Below, piece by piece: positions 18,329 to 24,702 of a stretch of DNA of 32,000 nt. The notes beneath the pieces are model-generated. The model was not told the DNA's origin. It saw only the letters and a program-made list of their open reading frames with translations, and did no database searches. Location of the stretch: contig NC_015931.1 of assembly GCF_000223395.1 (NCBI RefSeq), forward strand, positions 1,811,268 to 1,843,267, given 5' to 3'. The translations under genes were made by a program, and so were the position numbers. Position 1 is the stretch's first letter. Each line of letters begins with the position of its first letter. This DNA comes from Pyrolobus fumarii 1A (GTDB taxonomy: Archaea; Thermoproteota; Thermoprotei_A; Sulfolobales; Pyrodictiaceae).

Positions 18329-19060
18329 GTGACGGCTAAGAGGCTAGCAAGGAGGACTGCAACGCTTGACGAGTTCCTGGCAGCCGCTAGGGAGGCTGCT
18401 AGACGGGTGCGCGAGCAACAAGTAGACCTGGAGGCGTTGATATCGCGTCTAGCTGAGGAAGCTGCCAAGAGAGCCGCCGCGATGGTAGTGGAGAGGCTCG
18501 AGAGGAGCCTAGAGAGGAGTATCCACGAGCAAACGGAGGTTGTGAAGAGCATCGAGAGGATAGTGAGGAGCGTTGTGAGTGATGCTGTCGCAACTGCACT
18601 GCAACCAATCAACAAGAGACTGGACGAACTCGCTATGGAGGTGCGCACGTTGAGATCCACAGTGGAGAGGTTAGAGTCTAGGGGTGTTGGCGAGCGTCGG
18701 TCTGAGGAGAGGAGGCTGCCACCCTGGGCCCGCAAGCTCGCCAAGATGCTCGAGGATAGGCCTTTCATCCGCCTCCACGAGCTCGGCATCGATATCTACC
18801 AGGTTAAGGGCGAGCCAAGTGTACTACGCGAGCTGGATGCCGTCCTCGTGGAGACTATGAATGGCGTTTATCTGGTGAAGAGGAGCGAGTGGACAAAACT
18901 CCTCGAGAAGCTGGAGAGCGTGAAGAGCAGGGATGAGGAGGAGGCTGTGAGGATAGCTGGCCCACTGGCAGAAATAGTAGCCGCATTGCTACGCGACAAC
19001 CTCCTGTACTATAACAACGGGTGGAGAGTACTACCCGACGCCTTCCTCAACCCCGAGTAG
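18329..19060 (+). CDS. Hypothetical coiled-coil protein with globular C-terminal domain
   Basis: About 130 aa of A/E/R/L-rich helix, then LPPWARKLAKMLEDRPFIRLHELG...YYNNGWRVL. I take the start at GTG 18329, downstream of the stop of the preceding ORF. Confidence 0.45.
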   Translation: MTAKRLARRTATLDEFLAAAREAARRVREQQVDLEALISRLAEEAAKRAAAMVVERLERSLERSIHEQTEVVKSIERIVRSVVSDAVATALQPINKRLDELAMEVRTLRSTVERLESRGVGERRSEERRLPPWARKLAKMLEDRPFIRLHELGIDIYQVKGEPSVLRELDAVLVETMNGVYLVKRSEWTKLLEKLESVKSRDEEEAVRIAGPLAEIVAALLRDNLLYYNNGWRVLPDAFLNPE

Positions 19061-19150
19061 AGGACCTCGGCCTGGACTAGGCTCCTCACCGGGGCCCTGC
19101 GGGCCCCTCCCTGGGCCCGTATTCCTCCACATCGGTCCATGGTTGGGAGG

Positions 19151-19441
19151 TTACGGATATCCCCTAGGCTTGTAGCCTATAGCCTCGAGGTATTTTCTCA
19201 GCGCTTCAACATTCCAGGGCCACTTAGTCTTCCTCCTCTTGTCCACGTAGAGTCCTAGCTTCATAGCCTCCTTGACGCCCAGCCCGACCTCCTTCAGCTC
19301 CGGTATGCTGAAGCCCCTGCCCTCCCTAACACCCGGGTCGATACCACCATACTTGCGAAGCCTTGGCTTCTTGACTATGGCGCGGGGCGGCTCGAAGCTA
19401 CGCTCTTCGCTCAACCCGCTCACCGGTGGCGGCGAGGCCAC
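19151..19441 (-). CDS. rpl13e: 50S ribosomal protein L13e
   Basis: VREGRGFSIPELKEVGL..LGLYVDKRRKT is typical L13e. Confidence 0.8.
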   Translation of the reverse strand: MASPPPVSGLSEERSFEPPRAIVKKPRLRKYGGIDPGVREGRGFSIPELKEVGLGVKEAMKLGLYVDKRRKTKWPWNVEALRKYLEAIGYKPRGYP

Positions 19442-19453
19442 TCGAACTCCTTA

Positions 19454-19912
19454 TTAGCTTAAGCTTGGATTGAGAGGCGCAACCGGATCTTCCTTGAACA
19501 CCTTGAGTACTACGCTGGTGACGGTCCTTCTTATGGCTGGCATGCGGTTAAGCCTCTTGATGAACGCGTTTAGCTCTGACATGCTACGGAATTTGCCTAT
19601 AAGCACGAGGTCATAGTCACCGGTAACATCGTACACTGCTATGAGGTTCGGCTCTTCGCGGAGCCTCTCCGCGACCTCCTCTATCCGCCCACCCTCCACC
19701 ACAACGAGGATGACCGCTGTTATAGGGTACCCCAGTCTCTCATAGTCAGGTTGTATCGTGAACCTCCTGACGACACCCTCGCGTATGAGCTTCTGTATAC
19801 GCGTGTGTACGGTTGAAACCGCTACGCCCAGGTCCCGCGATAGCTCTCTTAGACTCGCACGCGAGTTGCTAGCCAGCAACTGCAACAGCTTCAAATCCAC
19901 CTCGTCTAGCAT
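19454..19912 (-). CDS. Lrp/AsnC family transcriptional regulator (HTH + RAM domain)
   Basis: LDEVDLKLLQLLASNSRASLRELSRDLGVAVSTVHTRIQKL is the HTH. The RAM domain is ITAVILVVV..VYDVTGDYDLVLIG. I take the start at ATG 19912. Confidence 0.85.
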   Translation of the reverse strand: MLDEVDLKLLQLLASNSRASLRELSRDLGVAVSTVHTRIQKLIREGVVRRFTIQPDYERLGYPITAVILVVVEGGRIEEVAERLREEPNLIAVYDVTGDYDLVLIGKFRSMSELNAFIKRLNRMPAIRRTVTSVVLKVFKEDPVAPLNPSLS

Positions 19913-20007
19913 TGCGCCACCCGTTCTACACGATGCGACATAAACCCTTAACACTTCTAGCCTGGTTATGCACTACGCTACCCCGGTTGGAGGGCTGCGT
20001 AGGAACC

Positions 20008-20301
20008 TTGGCTGGTCTGAGGAGGCTCGTGCTAGACGTGCTAAAGCCTCTACGTGACCCTTCGCTAACAGAGATGGCGCTATTGCTAGCCAAGGTTAGG
20101 GGCGTGAAAGGCGTAAACATAACCGTGAATGAGGTCGACGTCGAGACACTTAGCCTCACGATAGTCGTCGAGGGCGATGATATAGACTTTGAGGGTGTAA
20201 AGAAGGTGCTCGAGGAGGTTGGCGCAGCGATACACAGTATCGACCAAGTTGTCGCCGGCGAGAAGATAGTCGAGGTCCCAGAGTTGAGAAGAGGGGAGTA
20301 G
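20008..20301 (+). CDS. DUF211 family protein
   Basis: RRLVLDVLKP..GVKGVNITVNEVDVETLSLTIVVEGDDIDFEGV..GAAIHSIDQV matches the DUF211 pattern as I remember it. The start is TTG 20008 or 19987. Confidence 0.65.
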   Translation: MAGLRRLVLDVLKPLRDPSLTEMALLLAKVRGVKGVNITVNEVDVETLSLTIVVEGDDIDFEGVKKVLEEVGAAIHSIDQVVAGEKIVEVPELRRGE

Positions 20302-20421
20302 TGCACTGCACGCGACATCCCGGTGACCACTACACCACCGGGAGTAGTTCACGGTTGACACGTGGCCGCCGCCCACGTAAAAACGCGAGAGTGTTAACCA
20401 CCGTGGCAGCCCCGGGGACGA

Positions 20422-20781
20422 CTAGCAGATTTTTGTCCCTGGGGGTGCCTCGCCATCCACAGTGAGCAGGTAAGGCCTCTCGTCTTTCCCACAGCCCGCC
20501 GCGAGTATCATACCCTCGCTGAGATAACCCCTGATCCTCTTAGGCGCCAGGTTGGCTACTACGACAACCCTCTTACCAATGAGGTCTTCCGGCTTGTACC
20601 ACTCGGCTATACCCGATATTATCTGGCGCTTCTCGTTACCCAGGTCGACTATGAGCCTTAGTAGCCTCGTGCCCGGTATATGCTCAGCCTCGACTACTAT
20701 ACCGACGCGTAGGTCTATACGGGCGAACTCGTCGATAGTTATCTGCTCGGCGGGCTTAGCCTCGTTTGCCAAGCAGCTCAC
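20422..20781 (-). CDS. tRNA-binding domain protein (Trbp111/CsaA/EMAPII-like OB fold)
   Basis: DLRVGIVVEAEHIPGTRLLRLIVDLGNEKRQIISGIAEWYKPEDLIGKRVVVVANLAPKRIRG..SEGMILAA. The GTG start overlaps the upstream stop (GTGA). Confidence 0.8.
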   Translation of the reverse strand: MSCLANEAKPAEQITIDEFARIDLRVGIVVEAEHIPGTRLLRLIVDLGNEKRQIISGIAEWYKPEDLIGKRVVVVANLAPKRIRGYLSEGMILAAGCGKDERPYLLTVDGEAPPGTKIC

Positions 20782-20960
20782 CTAGAGCCTATGCGTTTGA
20801 GCTCCGAGGCAAACCAGTTGACGAGCTCGTCTACCTCGGCAAGCCTCCTCTTCTTCACATCGTCTGCTACGTGCTGCAACTCCCTCTTCAGTGCATCGAA
20901 CTCGCGGTCGAGCTCGTTCCTGGCGTCGCGTAGCAGCTCGTCTAGGCTTGGGAGGGGCAT
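20778..20960 (-). CDS. Small (60 aa) helical/coiled-coil hypothetical protein
   Basis: Charged heptad-like sequence, ATG start, and a stop overlapping the next gene's GTG by 4 nt, which suggests translational coupling. Confidence 0.4.
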   Translation of the reverse strand: MPLPSLDELLRDARNELDREFDALKRELQHVADDVKKRRLAEVDELVNWFASELKRIGSR

Positions 20961-21154
20961 GCCCTGGCTCCCCGCGGCTGGGGGACCCAGGTGAGAGTAA
21001 ATGAGGCGTTCCCCCGGGACCCTGGATCCGGGGATGACGACGACTTGCCCCCCTGAGGGAGACGGGGTGCTGAATACTGTGGCGCCCGACCCCGCTTATA
21101 CAATGGTAGTTTTAAGAGGGGCTGGTGTGGGGCGAGCGTTTCGTGGGTGGTTAG

Positions 21155-21610
21155 GTGTCGCAGCAACAGCAGTTTAGGCACATAGTGCGTGTCGCGGGTA
21201 CTGATCTCGATGGTAGGTTGAAGGTTCCCTTCGCCCTGGCTAAGATAAAGGGTGTCGGCATAACGTTCGCTTATGCACTCTGCAGACTCCTTGGTATCGA
21301 CCCGGAGAAGAGGGCGGGCTACCTAACTGACGCCGAGATACAAAAGATCGAGCAGGCGCTGAAGGATCCAAAGGCCATTGGGATCCCGTCCTGGATGCTC
21401 AACAGGAGGAAGGACTATGAGACTGGCCGCGACATGCACCTCATTGGCGCCGAGTTGATCTACTATGCTAGGCAGGATATTGAGAGATTGAAGAGGATCA
21501 AGTCGTGGAGGGGTATCCGCCACGCGCTGGGTCTAAAGGTTAGGGGCCAGAGGACGAGGACAACCGGCCGTACTGGTATGACTGTGGGTGTCTCGAAGAG
21601 GAGGAAGTAG
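21155..21610 (+). CDS. rps13: 30S ribosomal protein S13
   Basis: [35 protein letters not shown] and [25 protein letters not shown] start. Confidence 0.9.
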   Translation: MSQQQQFRHIVRVAGTDLDGRLKVPFALAKIKGVGITFAYALCRLLGIDPEKRAGYLTDAEIQKIEQALKDPKAIGIPSWMLNRRKDYETGRDMHLIGAELIYYARQDIERLKRIKSWRGIRHALGLKVRGQRTRTTGRTGMTVGVSKRRK

Positions 21611-21624
21611 CGGGGTGGTGACGA

Positions 21625-22182
21625 GTGGGTGACCCGAAGAAGCCACGTAAGAAGTGGGAGTCGCCCGGTCACCCCTGGATTAAGGAGAGGCTGCTGCGCG
21701 AGATCGAGCTTATCGGTAGGTATGGCCTGCGTAACAAGAAGGAGATATGGCAGGCTGAGACGCTGGCAAGGTACTTCCGTCACCGTGCTCGCCGCCTCCT
21801 AGCTCTCCCAGAGGATGTGCGCAAGAAGGAGGAGGAGCAGCTGCTACGCAAGCTGTATCGTATGGGTGTACTCCCTGAGAACGCGACGCTTGACGACGTT
21901 CTCGGCTTGACTGCTGAGCACTTCCTTGAGAGGAGGCTCCAGACGATAGTCTACAAGAAGGGCCTCGCTAGGACCATCTGGCAGGCCAGACAGCTGATAG
22001 TCCATGGCCACATCGCAATCGGCGGTAGGAGGATAAGGTCGCCGGGCTACCTAGTCCCGCGTGACGAGGAGGACCTCATAGACTATGCGCCGACGAGCCC
22101 ATTCGCCAAGAGGAGGGAGGAGCAGGCCCAGCAGGCCCCCAGCCAGCAGAGTCAAGAGGGCGGGGCTGAGGCTGCAGGGTGA
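21625..22182 (+). CDS. rps4: 30S ribosomal protein S4
   Basis: [18 protein letters not shown]-terminus and an S4 RNA-binding domain with [23 protein letters not shown]. Confidence 0.9.
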   Translation: MGDPKKPRKKWESPGHPWIKERLLREIELIGRYGLRNKKEIWQAETLARYFRHRARRLLALPEDVRKKEEEQLLRKLYRMGVLPENATLDDVLGLTAEHFLERRLQTIVYKKGLARTIWQARQLIVHGHIAIGGRRIRSPGYLVPRDEEDLIDYAPTSPFAKRREEQAQQAPSQQSQEGGAEAAG

Positions 22183-22195
22183 GGGGTGAGAGAGC

Positions 22196-22597
22196 ATGGC
22201 GTTCACATCCAGGGAGATAAAGTGGGGTGTAGCACACATCTACAGTAGCTACAACAACACCATAGTGCACATAACCGACCTCACGGGAGCCGAGACAGTA
22301 TCTCGAGCTAGCGGAGGCATGGTCGTCAAGGCTGACCGCGAGAAGCCAAGCCCCTACGCCGCAATGCTAGCAGCCAGCAAGGCCGGTCAAGAAGCGATGG
22401 AGAAGGGCATAATGGCTCTCCACATCAAGGTGCGCGCCCCTGGAGGCCACGGACCAAAGACGCCAGGCCCAGGCGCCCAGGCAGCCATCAGGGCACTAGC
22501 AAGGATGGGCTTCATCATAGGCAGGATCGAGGACGTCACCCCGATACCACACGATACCACCAGGCGCCCAGGAGGCCGCCGCGGACGCCGTGTCTAA
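22196..22597 (+). CDS. rps11: 30S ribosomal protein S11
   Basis: [46 protein letters not shown] and a C-terminal [22 protein letters not shown]. Confidence 0.9.
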   Translation: MAFTSREIKWGVAHIYSSYNNTIVHITDLTGAETVSRASGGMVVKADREKPSPYAAMLAASKAGQEAMEKGIMALHIKVRAPGGHGPKTPGPGAQAAIRALARMGFIIGRIEDVTPIPHDTTRRPGGRRGRRV

Positions 22598-22622
22598 AAC
22601 GCACTACACGCTCCATACCAGC

Positions 22623-22629
22623 TTTTCTT
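22623..22629 (+). terminator. T-rich tract (TTTTCTT) after rps11
   Basis: This is the first oligo-T run, ~25 nt after the S11 stop. Archaeal termination typically occurs at oligo-T. Confidence 0.4.
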
Positions 22630-22807
22630 ACAATCCTACAGTCGAGCCCCGCACCACATCCTTCACGCCAGCGACACCTGCCAGTTTCCCTCATTCTCAC
22701 CCTCCACAACACCATACCCAGGGTATCGTACACGCCTCCAACGTCTACGATCCTAGAGGGAGGGGCCATGGGCAATCAAGCGGATTGTGCCGCGCCGAGA
22801 GCTACCC

Positions 22808-22814
22808 TATATAT
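22808..22814 (+). promoter_or_regulatory. TATA box TATATAT for homocitrate synthase-like gene
   Basis: It lies ~40 nt upstream of ATG 22851. Confidence 0.45.
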
Positions 22815-22850
22815 GGTGTGGCGGGTTGAGCGTGCCTCCGGTTGCAGGGT

Positions 22851-24302
22851 ATGATCCGCCGCGAGGAGTGGGGCATAGGCGGACCAAAACCGGAGCGCAT
22901 TCGCGTTGGGCTGCTAGACTCCACGCTCCGTGAGGGTGAGCAGACTCCAGGCGTGAGCTTCACCGTCGAGCAGAAGGTCGAGATAGCTAAGCTTCTCAGC
23001 GAGGCTGGCGTACAGATGATTGAGGCTGGTCATCCTGCCGTCGCGCCAGATGTCTACGAGGCTGTCAAGAGGATAATCCAGTTGAAGAAGGAGGGCGTAA
23101 TACGCTCAGAGATAGTCGCTCACTCGCGAGCCGTCAAGAGGGATATCGAGGTTGCAGCGGAGCTGGAGCCAGACCGCATAGCCATCTTCTACGGCGTTAG
23201 CGACATCCACCTTAGGTATAAGCACCGTGTTTCGCGCGAGGAGGCCCTCTCAATCATAGGAGAGATGGTGGAGTACGCGAAGCAGCACGGTGTGAAGGTT
23301 AGATTTACGGCGGAAGACGCCACCAGGGCCGACTACGATTACCTCGTAGAGGTTGTGAAGACTGCTAGGGATGCCGGGGCGGATAGGGTATCAATAGCGG
23401 ATACCGTGGGGATAGCCACACCTGCCTTCATGAGGAGGTTGTTCGAGAGCCTAACCAGGGACGCCCCGGGAGTAGAGTTCGACGTACATGCACACAATGA
23501 CCTCGGCCTCGCGACGGCCAACTCGCTCGCTGCTGTAGAGGGAGGCGCCACCATAATCCACGTTACTGTGAACGGCTTGGGCGAGAGAGCCGGAATAACC
23601 CCGCTCCACGAGGCGGCAGTCGCGCTCAAGGTGCACTACGGAATCGAGGTTATAGACTTGAAGCTCATCCCGAAGCTATCCAGGCTGGTCGAGAGGTACT
23701 CGGGTATACCCGTGCCGCCAAACACACCGGTTGTCGGCGACAACGCGTTCACGCACAAGGCCGGAGTCCACGTCGCTGGTATACTCGCCAACCCCGAGAC
23801 CTACGAGCCCTACCCGCCAGAGATGGTGGGGAGAACCAGAGACTACGTGATAGACAAGTACACTGGCAAGAAGGCTGTGAAAGCCAGGCTCGAGAAGCTA
23901 GGCGTGACGGTCACCGACAAGGAGCTTGAAGAGATAGTAAGGAGGATTAAAGCAAGACCCGACATACGCTACCTGCGCGACGAGGACCTTCTAGAGATAG
24001 CGAGCGAGGTAATGGGCAAGCCACTAGCGCTAACAGCCCCAAGAGGCGTAGAAGCCATAGTCCTCGTAAAGACGAACAGCAACGTATACACAACATCCAT
24101 AGCCAGAAGGCTAAGCATCATACCAGGCGTCGCAGAGGTAATGGAGGTGACAGGCGATAACGACATAGTACTACGCATACAAGCCAGGAACACTGAACAA
24201 CTAAACCAAGTGATAGAACAGGTACGCACCATACCAGGCGTACAATCGACATACACGATGCTAATACTCAAGAAGAGCACGGGAGAGCAGAAAGAAGCCT
24301 AA
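22851..24302 (+). CDS. Homocitrate synthase-like DRE-TIM (HMGL) enzyme with C-terminal RAM/ACT-like regulatory domain
   Basis: LLDSTLREGEQTPGV and HAHNDLGLATANSLAAV are the catalytic motifs. The last ~80 aa (VEAIVLVKT..VMEVTGDNDIVLRIQA..IPGVQSTYTMLILK) follow the Lrp-type RAM pattern. I prefer ATG 22851, with a TATA box ~40 nt upstream. Confidence 0.7.
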   Translation: MIRREEWGIGGPKPERIRVGLLDSTLREGEQTPGVSFTVEQKVEIAKLLSEAGVQMIEAGHPAVAPDVYEAVKRIIQLKKEGVIRSEIVAHSRAVKRDIEVAAELEPDRIAIFYGVSDIHLRYKHRVSREEALSIIGEMVEYAKQHGVKVRFTAEDATRADYDYLVEVVKTARDAGADRVSIADTVGIATPAFMRRLFESLTRDAPGVEFDVHAHNDLGLATANSLAAVEGGATIIHVTVNGLGERAGITPLHEAAVALKVHYGIEVIDLKLIPKLSRLVERYSGIPVPPNTPVVGDNAFTHKAGVHVAGILANPETYEPYPPEMVGRTRDYVIDKYTGKKAVKARLEKLGVTVTDKELEEIVRRIKARPDIRYLRDEDLLEIASEVMGKPLALTAPRGVEAIVLVKTNSNVYTTSIARRLSIIPGVAEVMEVTGDNDIVLRIQARNTEQLNQVIEQVRTIPGVQSTYTMLILKKSTGEQKEA

Positions 24303-24577
24303 CCACCCCAACCCACCCATTGTCTACGCACCATCTATACACCTGTACGCCGCAGCACACTCCTACTAACTTGCACGATATCCATCCTTCTCGCCACTCT
24401 CCCAGTTATCACCTGGTTTAGAATCGCGGCGAAAACCCTAGTTGGACAGACGATTGGATTAACCTCTGCCTAGTTAAGCAACATGCGAGTACCACACACG
24501 CCTAGCATGGCCACGCCGATACTACGAGGGCAACCTCGACGTGCTATGGCTGATATTGTCGGTCTTGTGGTGCGGGT

Positions 24578-24588
24578 AAAGGTTATAG
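24578..24588 (+). promoter_or_regulatory. TATA-like box AAAGGTTATAG for tRNA-Val
   Basis: It lies ~35-45 nt upstream of the tRNA 5' end (24622). Confidence 0.4.
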
Positions 24589-24621
24589 CTGGTGGTGTAT
24601 TGCCGTTGGTTGATGGTGTGA

Positions 24622-24699
24622 GGGGCCGTCGTCTAGCCTGGTTAGGACGCCGCCCTTACAAGGCGGAGGTCCGGGGTTCAAATCCCCGCGGCCCCACCA
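24622..24699 (+). tRNA. tRNA-Val (anticodon TAC), CCA encoded
   Basis: Acceptor GGGGCCG/CGGCCCC, D arm GTCT-AGCCTGGTTA-GGAC, anticodon arm CCGCC-CTTACAA-GGCGG, variable AGGTC, T arm CGGGG-TTCAAAT-CCCCG, discriminator A, then CCA. Confidence 0.9.
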
Positions 24700-24702
24700 T
24701 TG

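Noticed and set aside
18304-18789. Minus-strand ORFs 18304-18789 and 18399-18608
   Set aside because: They are antisense to the coiled-coil hypothetical gene and have an S/L/R/A-rich artefact composition.
20942-21181. Minus-strand 79-aa ORF spanning the rps13 upstream spacer
   Set aside because: It is P/L/R/S-rich, it overlaps both the rps13 start and the 60-aa gene start, and it is better explained as non-coding spacer with promoters.
22536-22829. ORFs 22536-22775 (-) and 22590-22829 (+) in the spacer after rps11
   Set aside because: One is G/R/W/V-rich and the other T/P/S/H-rich, reflecting the strong G-depletion of the plus strand rather than coding. They are kept as a non-coding oddity in findings.
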